Part shown: piece by piece, positions 52,524-60,642 of the stretch
How the letters are laid out: each line of letters begins with the position of its first letter
How positions within the stretch are numbered: position 1 is the stretch's first letter
Assembly: GCA_036488495.1 (NCBI GenBank)
Contig: DASXHM010000125.1
Location: forward strand, 24,560 to 88,559
DNA from: Myxococcales bacterium
GTDB taxonomy: Bacteria > Myxococcota > Myxococcia > Myxococcales > 40CM-4-68-19
DNA: 64,000 nucleotides
Direction: 5' to 3'
Translations under genes and position numbers: made by a program
The notes under the pieces: model-generated
Databases searched by the model: none
What the model saw: only the letters and a program-made list of their open reading frames with translations
What the model was told of the DNA's origin: nothing

Positions 52524-52958
52524 CTATCGCGTCAGCCCTAAGCAGTCACGAGCGCGCTCGTATTTTGCGATGCGCTTCCGATCCTCGTCCGTGATGACGT
52601 CGAGGCGGCTCAGGTCCATGTTGTCCTTGAGATCCGCTAGCTTCACCCGCACAGCCAGCGGGTTCTTAGCCACGCGCTCGATGAACTTCTCATAGTCGCC
52701 GTGCTCGTCCGCAGCCTTCGTCAGCGCCTCGAGCGCGGCGATCTCCGTCTCCGGATAGCCTAGGTCCTTCAGGTCGCTGCGGGTGACTCCGCAATCCTCC
52801 ATGACGTCGTGGAGAACTGCGACGCGACGCTCTTCATCCGTCGCCATCGACAGCATCACTCGAAGCGGATGAAGGATGTACGGCTTGCCGGCCTTATCCT
52901 GCTGACCTCGGTGCTTCCCCACTGCGAGCGCGATCGCATCCTCGACCGTTGGCATCAT
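52524..52958 (-). CDS. HD-domain protein, small alarmone (p)ppGpp hydrolase-like (SpoT/Mesh1-type)
   Basis: ..AVGKHRGQQDKAGKPYILHPLRV......DEERRVAVLHDVMED.. (H..HD signature), 144 aa, stand-alone. Confidence 0.7.
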   Translation of the reverse strand: MMPTVEDAIALAVGKHRGQQDKAGKPYILHPLRVMLSMATDEERRVAVLHDVMEDCGVTRSDLKDLGYPETEIAALEALTKAADEHGDYEKFIERVAKNPLAVRVKLADLKDNMDLSRLDVITDEDRKRIAKYERARDCLGLTR

Positions 52959-53303
52959 CGTGCTCCGCGTCTTGTGTAACGAGAGGAGTCAGACTTTGTT
53001 GGTCGCGGCATCGGACTCTTCACTGCGCGACGAGGAACCATAGGCCGCTTGCTTAGCATTGCCCTCCGGCCGTGCGGCAAGAGTGAAAGCGGGCTCCGTC
53101 GCTGCGTCACCGGAGCAGCGATGGCGCGGTGCAACATCGGGTCGTGAAGCGCACAACCGGCTGTCGAGCACCGTTCGTCGGACGAGCCCTGTGGGCTCGA
53201 ACCAAAGCTCGCGACCACGCGCCGCGTCGTTCACCCAACACGAAAGCGGGAAATTTGGGGCTTTGCCGACATCGGGCTACATCTAAGCCCTTTCCTGCCA
53301 CCC

Positions 53304-55760
53304 ATGACAGATGCCTACCGTCCCCACATGCACGGGACCGTCCGAGAGCCTCAGATCCTACGATCGGTGCGCGAGGCGGCGCACAGGGCTCGAAGCCTGG
53401 AAGATGCGCTGCGCGCCGCATTGCAGCGCATTTGCACGGCGACCGGCTGGCAGGCTGGCCGCGTGGAGCTGGCGCGCGACATCGGCTCCCGGATCGTCTG
53501 GCATCTCGATCATCCGGAGCGGCTGCTCACGCTGCGCCGCGTGGCCGAGCGGCGGCGGCGGGCGCGCGGAGCCGGGCTTGCTGCCAAGGTGTTGCTGGAC
53601 GGCGCGCCTCAATGGCGTCCTGATTCGGAAGACGACGTTGGTGCGGTGTTTGCCTTTCCCGCCGTGGCCAGGCGTAAGACTGTTGCCGCGGTTGAATTCT
53701 TTGCCGCCGCAAAAGAAACGCCCGACGACGAGACGCTCAACGGAATCGCGACCGCATGCGCGGAGCTCGGCGAGATCATCGAGCTCAAACCGGCGGAGGA
53801 CGCCCTGCGCAAGGTAGAGCGCGGATACCGCGAGGTCTTCGAAAGCCTGGGCGAAGCGCTCATCCTGGTTGCGCCGAAGACGGGCGTGGTGCTCGACGCC
53901 AATCCGCGCGCCGCGGCGGTGTTCCGGGTGCCGCGGGACAAGCTGATCGGCGCCACCGTCGCTGCTCTCTGGTCGGATGCGGCGCTGGCGCAGAAGGCCA
54001 TTGCCCGCGGGAGCCGTTTCGAGACTTCGCCGCGCGGCACCGACATCGTCTTGGAAGTCAGCGCGAGCGAAGTGCAGTTCAATGGCGTTCCGGCGACGCT
54101 GCTCCTGGCCAAGGAAGTGACCCAGCGCGTTCGCGTCATCGATGCCTTGCGGGCCAGCGAAGAGCGCTATCGCGTGCTGTTCGAAAACAATCCGCAGCCG
54201 ATGTGGGTGGAGGATGCGGACAGCGGCAGCTTTCTGGCCGTGAACGACGCTGCGGTGCGCCATTACGGGTGGCCGCGCGAGAAGTTCATGACCTTGAAGT
54301 CGTCCGATCTGCGGCTCGATCCGGGCGCGGCGGCGGAGCAACGCAGCGGCAGCCCTTCGGTCGAGCGCCACCGAACCGCCTCGGGCGAGGCGCACGACCT
54401 CGAGCTCTCGGTGCACGAGGTGGTCTTCGAACAGAAGCGCGCGCTCCTGGTGGCGGCGACCGACGTCACCCAGCGGCGCAAGGTGCAAGCGCGGCTCTTG
54501 CAGGCGGCCTTCTACGATCCGTTGACCGGCCTTCCCAACCGCGCGCTCTTCAAGGACCGCTTGGAAGTTGCGTTCGCGCGCGCGACCGGCCGCGAGCAGG
54601 CGCGCTTCGCGGTGCTCTTCCTCGACCTGGACCGCTTCAAGCTGGTCAACGACTCGCTCGGCCACCGCGCCGGCGACGAGCTTCTGGTGCAGATTGCGCG
54701 CAGGCTCGAGAGCTGCCGCCGCGCGGGCGACACCGTGGCCCGGTTGGGCGGCGACGAGTTCACCCTGCTCGTCGAAGGCACCGCCACCGAGGACGAGGCC
54801 ATCGCCGTCGCCGAGCGCGTCCATCGCGCGTTGGCGCCGCCGTTCCTGGTGGAAGGCCACGAGGTCTTTGCCGGCGCTTCCATCGGCATTGCCCTGGGCG
54901 GTCCCAACACCGAGCGCGTCGATCACCTGCTCCGCGACGCCGACACCGCGATGTACCGCGCCAAGGTCCGCGGCACCCGCCACGCCGTCTTCGACTCGTC
55001 CATGCACGAGCGGGCAATGGCGGCGCTGCGGCTTGAAAACGAGCTGCGTCGCGCCCTCGAACGCGGCGAGTTGCGCGTCCATTACCAACCCATCGTAGAG
55101 CTCGCCACCGGGAAGACGCTGGGCGTGGAGGCGCTGGTGCGCTGGGAGCACCGCGAGCGCGGCACCGTTCCGCCGTCCGAGTTCATTCCGCTGGCGGAAG
55201 AGACCGGCATGGTGGTGCCGCTCGGGCGCTGGGTCTTGGACGAGGCTTGCCGCGCTCTCGCCTCGCTCCCCGGCGCGATCCAGCTTTCGGTGAACCTCTC
55301 CGGCCGGCAGCTTCTCCAGCCCGACTTTGCCACCGAGCTGGCGACGATGATGAAGGAGCGGCAGATCGAGCCGTCGCGGCTGCGGCTGGAACTGACCGAG
55401 AGCATGCTGATCGGCAACGGCGCGGTGGCGCAAGAGGCTCTCCAGCACCTGCGCGACATCGGCGTGCGGCTCTGCATCGACGACTTCGGCACCGGCTATA
55501 GCTCACTCAGCTACCTGCACGAGCTGCCCATCGACGCGCTCAAGATCGACCGCTCGTTCATCGGCGCCATCGGACAGGACGACCGCAAGCACAAGATCGT
55601 CCAGAGCATCCTCCTCCTCGGCAAGGGCCTCGGCATCGAGGTGGTGGCGGAGGGCGTCGAGACGCAGCAGCAGGTGGACGCGCTGCTCAAGCTCGGCTGC
55701 GAGCGCGCGCAGGGCTATTTCTACTCGCGCCCCCTGCCCCTCGAGCAGTTGTCGTTCTGA
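53304..55760 (+). CDS. Sensor-domain (GAF/PAS-like) GGDEF-EAL protein (c-di-GMP turnover)
   Basis: N-terminal sensory region with PAS-like segments, RLGGDEFTLLV (GGDEF), then EALVRWEH...DDFGTGYSSLSYL (EAL). Confidence 0.9.
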   Translation: MTDAYRPHMHGTVREPQILRSVREAAHRARSLEDALRAALQRICTATGWQAGRVELARDIGSRIVWHLDHPERLLTLRRVAERRRRARGAGLAAKVLLDGAPQWRPDSEDDVGAVFAFPAVARRKTVAAVEFFAAAKETPDDETLNGIATACAELGEIIELKPAEDALRKVERGYREVFESLGEALILVAPKTGVVLDANPRAAAVFRVPRDKLIGATVAALWSDAALAQKAIARGSRFETSPRGTDIVLEVSASEVQFNGVPATLLLAKEVTQRVRVIDALRASEERYRVLFENNPQPMWVEDADSGSFLAVNDAAVRHYGWPREKFMTLKSSDLRLDPGAAAEQRSGSPSVERHRTASGEAHDLELSVHEVVFEQKRALLVAATDVTQRRKVQARLLQAAFYDPLTGLPNRALFKDRLEVAFARATGREQARFAVLFLDLDRFKLVNDSLGHRAGDELLVQIARRLESCRRAGDTVARLGGDEFTLLVEGTATEDEAIAVAERVHRALAPPFLVEGHEVFAGASIGIALGGPNTERVDHLLRDADTAMYRAKVRGTRHAVFDSSMHERAMAALRLENELRRALERGELRVHYQPIVELATGKTLGVEALVRWEHRERGTVPPSEFIPLAEETGMVVPLGRWVLDEACRALASLPGAIQLSVNLSGRQLLQPDFATELATMMKERQIEPSRLRLELTESMLIGNGAVAQEALQHLRDIGVRLCIDDFGTGYSSLSYLHELPIDALKIDRSFIGAIGQDDRKHKIVQSILLLGKGLGIEVVAEGVETQQQVDALLKLGCERAQGYFYSRPLPLEQLSF

Positions 55761-55808
55761 GCCTCGTTCGCCCCGCTGAAGCTGACGTATTTGTCCGCCT
55801 CACAGCGA

Positions 55809-57173
55809 TCAATCCCCGTCTGGCTTGCGGGCTGGCCTGCGCAGCTTTTCAACCAGCGTGGTGCGGTTCAAGCCTAGAATGCGCGCTGCTTGGTTCTTGT
55901 TGCCGTGCGTGCGCTCCAGCGCGGCGTTGATGAGGCGATCTTCGAGATCGCCCAAGACGGCTTTGAGGTCCACGCCTTCGGGCGGCAGCGAGACGGCCGC
56001 AGGGACGGCGGTCAATGGCGAAGGCCCAGCCGCGGCGGCGATCTCCTGCGGCAGATCGGCGAGGTCGAGCTCGCCTTCCGGTTTGAGCACGACGAGGCGC
56101 TGGATCAGGTTTTCCATTTCGCGCACGTTGCCCGGCCAGCGGTGCCGCTCGAGCGCCGCCAGCGCCGCGGTAGTGAACTTCCGCGATTGGTTCCGGGAGG
56201 CGAGAAAGTGTTGCGCGAGGAGCGCGATGTCCTCGCGCCGCTCCCGCAACGGCGGCAACACCAAGGGAACGACGTTGAGGCGGTAATACAGGTCGCCGCG
56301 GAACGATCCTTCCTCGACTTGCTGGCCGAGATTGCGGCTGGTCGCGGCCACCACTCGGACGTCGATGGGCCGCCCCTTCGCGGCCCCCTCGGAGCGCACT
56401 TCGCCCTCCTGCAGGACGCGCAACAGCCTCGCCTGCGGCGCAAGCGGCATCTCCCCGATCTCGTCGAGGAAGAGCGTCCCGCCGTGGGCCTTTCGCAACA
56501 GTCCTTGCCGGGCGCTGTCGCGAGCTCCTTTGGCGTGGCCGAACAGCTCGCTGTCGAGCGAGGTTTCCGACCACGCGGCGCAGTTGACGGCGACGAACTC
56601 CGAGCGGGCGCGCCGCGACAGCTTGTGGACCGCTTGCGCCGCGAGCTCCTTGCCAGTGCCGGTCTCGCCTTCGATCAGCACGGTCACGTCGGTGGGCGCG
56701 GCGAGGAGCAGCACGTCCAGCGCCGCGCGGATCTTCGGCGAGACCCCGATGATTCCCGCATCGGAGGCCGCGTGGAGCCCGTCGTCGAGGCCGGCGCTGG
56801 ATTCGATGGCCTGGCGGATCTCGGCGGTCAAGGTCTCTAGCGCGACGGGCTTCTCCAGCACGGTGACCGCGCCCAACCGGACCGCCTCGACGCTGCCGGC
56901 GACCCACCGCGAGCCGGTCATGATGACGACGGGACAGTCCGGCAGGCGCTTGCGCACGAGCTTGACCACGTCCCTGCCGTCGCCATCGGGAAGCTGCAGA
57001 TCGCTGAGGACTGCCGCAAACCGCTTCGCGCCCGCAGCCGCGGCTTCGATCGCCTGCGTCGCTTGACCGACGGTGAAGACGCCTTCGGGCTCGTAGCCGC
57101 GGCGCTCGAAATGCCGCACCAGCGCCTCGACCAGCGCTTCTTCGTCGTCGACGATCAGCAGCCGCTTCTTCAC
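55809..57173 (-). CDS. NtrC-family response regulator (receiver + AAA+ + Fis-type HTH) with a degenerate GAFTGA loop
   Basis: Receiver (LLIVDDEE...VLSDLQLPDGDG), Walker A GETGTGKE, and C-terminal HTH (..NKNQAARILGLNRTTLVEKL). The sigma-54 contact motif reads GARDSA (56511-56528). Confidence 0.85.
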   Translation of the reverse strand: MKKRLLIVDDEEALVEALVRHFERRGYEPEGVFTVGQATQAIEAAAAGAKRFAAVLSDLQLPDGDGRDVVKLVRKRLPDCPVVIMTGSRWVAGSVEAVRLGAVTVLEKPVALETLTAEIRQAIESSAGLDDGLHAASDAGIIGVSPKIRAALDVLLLAAPTDVTVLIEGETGTGKELAAQAVHKLSRRARSEFVAVNCAAWSETSLDSELFGHAKGARDSARQGLLRKAHGGTLFLDEIGEMPLAPQARLLRVLQEGEVRSEGAAKGRPIDVRVVAATSRNLGQQVEEGSFRGDLYYRLNVVPLVLPPLRERREDIALLAQHFLASRNQSRKFTTAALAALERHRWPGNVREMENLIQRLVVLKPEGELDLADLPQEIAAAAGPSPLTAVPAAVSLPPEGVDLKAVLGDLEDRLINAALERTHGNKNQAARILGLNRTTLVEKLRRPARKPDGD

Positions 57174-57223
57174 GGCTGGCTTTTAATCCTCAATCACCGG
57201 CTTGCCAAGCCGCATCCACCACC

Positions 57224-58537
57224 TCAGGTGATCGCCGGAGGCGACAGCGGGAGGCGTAGGCGTGCGACGGCGCCGGGACGGCCTGAGCGATTCGAGAGCG
57301 TCAGCGAGCCTTCGTGGGCCTCCGCGATCTGGCGGGAGAGCAAAAGGCCAATTCCCGAGCCCCCGGGCTTGGTGGTGAAGAACGGCACGAACAGGTTGGA
57401 AGTGCCTTTGATGCCCGGCCCTTCGTCCGCCACCCAGACTTCCAGCTCCTCGCGCACGAGCGACCATCCCACCTCGACGCCACCGGAGGTTTCGAGCGAT
57501 GCGTCCACCGCGTTGCGGACCAGGTTGATGAGGAGCTGATCGAGCTGATCCGGGTCGGCCTGGATGCTCACCTCCGGGCCGGACATGACCTTCACGCAGA
57601 GGCGCTTTTCCAGCGCCACCACCCGTTCAATCCAGGGCTTTACGGAGACCGCCGCCGGCTTGGGCGGCGGCAACCGCGCGATGCGCGCGTAGGCAGTCAT
57701 GAAGCGGAGCAGCGATTCCGAACGGCGGGAGATGACCGCGAGGCCGGCCTCCACGTCCTCGGGCGCGGCGCCCGCGAGGCCCTGCGCGATGGAGTGGATG
57801 GGTGCGAGCGAGTTGTTGATCTCGTGGCCAAGGACGCGCACGAGGCGCTGCCAGGCGAGCCGCTCCTCTTCGCGCAGCGCACGGCGCAGGTCGGCGAGCA
57901 CGACCAGTTGGTGCGGCAGGCCGCCGAGCCGGAACGTGCTCCTGCGCACTTCGAACCGGCCACTCGCGCCCGGCAGGTGCAATTCGAGAATGCGCGGCGA
58001 CTCGCCCTGCAGCGCCTCCGTCAGCCGCAGCCGCTTCGCATCGAGCCCGCCCGACTCCAACAGGCGCGAGAGGGGCACGCCCAACAGCCGCTCGGCGGCG
58101 CGATTCGCGAGCACCGCCCGCCCGCTCTCGTCGAAGGCGAGCACCGCCACCTGGATCTCGTCCATCACCCGCCGCAAGAGAGCGCCGGCTTCCAACGCCG
58201 AGCTGCGCTGCGAACGGAGCGCGTCGGCGAGCTGGTTGATCTCGAGCAGCAATTCGCCCATCGGGTCGCCTGCGCGCGCCCCACGCCCGCGGACCGAGAA
58301 GTCCTCTTCGCGCAGCGCAGCCAACAGGTTCGCCGCCGTCTGCAAGGGCCGCAGCACCCGCTCGCGCACCGCCGCTGCCGTGCCGATCCAAACCGCCACG
58401 ATCAACAGGATCACCGTCCAGCGCGTCTTTGCATCGTCGACATAGGCGACGAGCAGCACCACCGCGCAAATCACGGCCGGAAGCCCTGCCCAGATCGAAA
58501 GCCAGAAGACGTACAGGTCGTGCGGAATGCGCTTCAC
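57224..58537 (-). CDS. Sensor histidine kinase (TM-HAMP-PAS-HisKA-HATPase)
   Basis: GTG at 58537 overlaps the upstream stop (GTGA). Two TM helices, H box LGHEINNSLAPI, ATPase NLVRNAVDA...DEGPGI...GGSGIGL. The track ORF (780 aa) is extended by an alternate frame of the upstream gene. Confidence 0.85.
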   Translation of the reverse strand: MKRIPHDLYVFWLSIWAGLPAVICAVVLLVAYVDDAKTRWTVILLIVAVWIGTAAAVRERVLRPLQTAANLLAALREEDFSVRGRGARAGDPMGELLLEINQLADALRSQRSSALEAGALLRRVMDEIQVAVLAFDESGRAVLANRAAERLLGVPLSRLLESGGLDAKRLRLTEALQGESPRILELHLPGASGRFEVRRSTFRLGGLPHQLVVLADLRRALREEERLAWQRLVRVLGHEINNSLAPIHSIAQGLAGAAPEDVEAGLAVISRRSESLLRFMTAYARIARLPPPKPAAVSVKPWIERVVALEKRLCVKVMSGPEVSIQADPDQLDQLLINLVRNAVDASLETSGGVEVGWSLVREELEVWVADEGPGIKGTSNLFVPFFTTKPGGSGIGLLLSRQIAEAHEGSLTLSNRSGRPGAVARLRLPLSPPAIT

Positions 58538-59898
58538 GGCACCTTCAGACCATGATGCGAGATCCTCCGGTAGAGGGCGCTGCGCGAGAGCCCGAGCTCG
58601 CGGGCGGCCTCGCTGACGTTCCCCGCGCAGCGGACCAGGGCGCGCTGGATGAGGTGGCGCTCGGCCTCCTCCAGGGTCATCCGTTCGAGCAATGCTCCGC
58701 CCGACGATGCCTCCGAGAGCAGCAGATCGTCTGGCCCCAGCTCTTCTCCCGAGGCGAGCAGCACCGCGCGCTCCACCACGTGCTCGAGCTCGCGGACGTT
58801 GCCGCGGAACGAATGCCGGGTGAGCGCGTCGAGCGCCTCCGGCGAAAACCGCCGCACGCTGGTGGCGCCCCGGTCGACCAGCCTTCCCAGGAAGAGCTGG
58901 GCGAGCTGCGGAATGTCGTCGCGCCGCTCGCGCAGCGGCGGGAGGTGCACTTCGACGGTGTTGAGCCGGTAGAGCAGGTCTTCGCGAAAGCGCCCCGCGG
59001 CCACTTCTTCGTCGAGCTTCGCGTTGGTGGCGGCGATCACCCTCGCGTCCGACTTGCGCACGCGGGAAGAGCCGACCGGGGTGAATTCTCCCGTCTGCAA
59101 GACGCGCAACAGCTTCGCCTGCTGGCCGAGCGGCAAGTTTCCCACCTCGTCCAGGAACAAGGTGCCGCCTTCCGCCACCTCGAACGCGCCGGCGCGGTCG
59201 GCCCGGGCGTCGGTGAAGGCGCCGCGGACGTGGCCGAACAATTCGCTCTCGAAGACGCCTTCCGCGACCCCGCCGCCGTTGACGGCGACGAACGGTTTGT
59301 GCGCGCGCTTGGAAGCAGCGTGCAGGTAGCGCGCCGCGACTTCCTTGCCGGTGCCGTGCTCGCCGCTGAGGAGCACGTTGGCGTCGCTCGCCGCCACCTT
59401 GTCGAGCACCCGCAACACGGCTTGCATCGCCGGCGACCGCGCGATCATCGAAGGGGCGTTGCCCCGCAACCGCGCGTTCTCGTCTTCGAGGCGGCGGGTG
59501 CGGCGGAGCGCCTTCGACAGCTCCATCTGGGTGCGCAAGGCCGCGGTGAGGCGCGCGTTGTCCCACGGCTTTTGCACGTAGTCGCGGGCGCCGCGGCGCA
59601 TCGCTTCCACCGCACCCTCGACGCTGCCCCAGGCGGTCATGACGATGACCGGCAAGGTCGGGTCGGCCGCGCGCATGCGGCTGAGGAGATCGAGGCCTTC
59701 GCTGCCGCTCGTGGTGTCGCGGGCGTAGTTGAGATCGACCAGCGCCGCGTCGAACTCGTCGGTCTCGAGCAGCGAGAGCACGCCTGCGGGCGAAGAGGCC
59801 TGCACGATCGCAATGCCTTCGCGCTTGAGCAGCAGCCGCAGCGCTTCCAGCACGTCCGGCTGGTCGTCGGCTGCGAGGACTTTCAAGTGGCGATCCAC
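58534..59898 (-). CDS. Sigma-54-dependent NtrC-family response regulator
   Basis: Receiver (VLAADDQPD...ALVDLNY), Walker A GEHGTGKE, near-canonical GAFTDA loop, and C-terminal HTH (..GNVSEAARELGLSRSALYRRI). Confidence 0.88.
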   Translation of the reverse strand: MDRHLKVLAADDQPDVLEALRLLLKREGIAIVQASSPAGVLSLLETDEFDAALVDLNYARDTTSGSEGLDLLSRMRAADPTLPVIVMTAWGSVEGAVEAMRRGARDYVQKPWDNARLTAALRTQMELSKALRRTRRLEDENARLRGNAPSMIARSPAMQAVLRVLDKVAASDANVLLSGEHGTGKEVAARYLHAASKRAHKPFVAVNGGGVAEGVFESELFGHVRGAFTDARADRAGAFEVAEGGTLFLDEVGNLPLGQQAKLLRVLQTGEFTPVGSSRVRKSDARVIAATNAKLDEEVAAGRFREDLLYRLNTVEVHLPPLRERRDDIPQLAQLFLGRLVDRGATSVRRFSPEALDALTRHSFRGNVRELEHVVERAVLLASGEELGPDDLLLSEASSGGALLERMTLEEAERHLIQRALVRCAGNVSEAARELGLSRSALYRRISHHGLKVP

Positions 59899-60545
59899 CC
59901 GTCGCGCAGACGGACGATGCGCTTGCCGAAGGCGGCGTTCGGCTCGGAGTGCGTCACCTGCACGATGGTGGTGCCCTGCCGGTTGAGCTCCTGGAAGAGC
60001 CGCATGATGTCCTCGCCCTGCGCGGTGTGCAGGTTGCCGGTGGGCTCGTCGGCGAGCAAGAGCTTGGGGCTCGCAATCAACGCGCGCGCCACGCCGACGA
60101 GCTGCTGCTGACCGCCGGAGAGCTGGCTTGGATAGAGGTCTTTTTTTCCGACGATGCCGAAGCGATCGAGCGTGTCGGCCACCAGCGACTGGCGCTGCGA
60201 GGCCGGCAGGTCACGATAACCGAGCGGCACTTCCAGGTTCTCGGCGACCGTCAAATCATCGAGCAGGTGGTACTGCTGGAAGACGAACCCGATGGTGCGC
60301 TTCGCCAATTCCGCGCGCTTCTTCGCGTTGAGCTCGTGGACCGCGATGCCGTCCAGGTCGTACTCGCCGGTCCAGCCGTGGTCGAGCATGCCGAGGATGG
60401 CGAGCAAGGTGGACTTGCCGGCGCCGGACGGCCCCATGATGGTGACGAAATCGCCGTCCGGGATGTCGAGGTCGATGCGGCGCAAGAGGAAGAGCTGCCC
60501 CGCGCCTTGCTTCACCGACTTTTCCAGGTTGCGCAGCTCGATCAT
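59883..60545 (-). CDS. ABC transporter ATP-binding protein (MacB/LolD-like)
   Basis: ATG at 60545 (MIELRNLEK...). Walker A GPSGAGKST, signature LSGGQQQ, Walker B LLLADEPT. The upstream part of the track ORF is not protein-like. Confidence 0.9.
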   Translation of the reverse strand: MIELRNLEKSVKQGAGQLFLLRRIDLDIPDGDFVTIMGPSGAGKSTLLAILGMLDHGWTGEYDLDGIAVHELNAKKRAELAKRTIGFVFQQYHLLDDLTVAENLEVPLGYRDLPASQRQSLVADTLDRFGIVGKKDLYPSQLSGGQQQLVGVARALIASPKLLLADEPTGNLHTAQGEDIMRLFQELNRQGTTIVQVTHSEPNAAFGKRIVRLRDGWIAT

Positions 60546-60642
60546 CGCAAGGCCTTCCACACCACGGCAAGGAGCCCTACGCAAATGGCGGCGCAAAATT
60601 GCGCGGCTGCGAGGTGGACGACCAGGGTGGCGAGGTGCGCCA

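Noticed and set aside
52524-53218. The HD-domain small alarmone hydrolase as the antitoxin of a toxSAS (toxic small alarmone synthetase) module.
   Set aside because: Neither flanking ORF shows RelA/SpoT synthetase motifs. The adjacent track ORFs (52955..53218 -, 52211..52402 -) look non-coding. I treat it as a stand-alone hydrolase.
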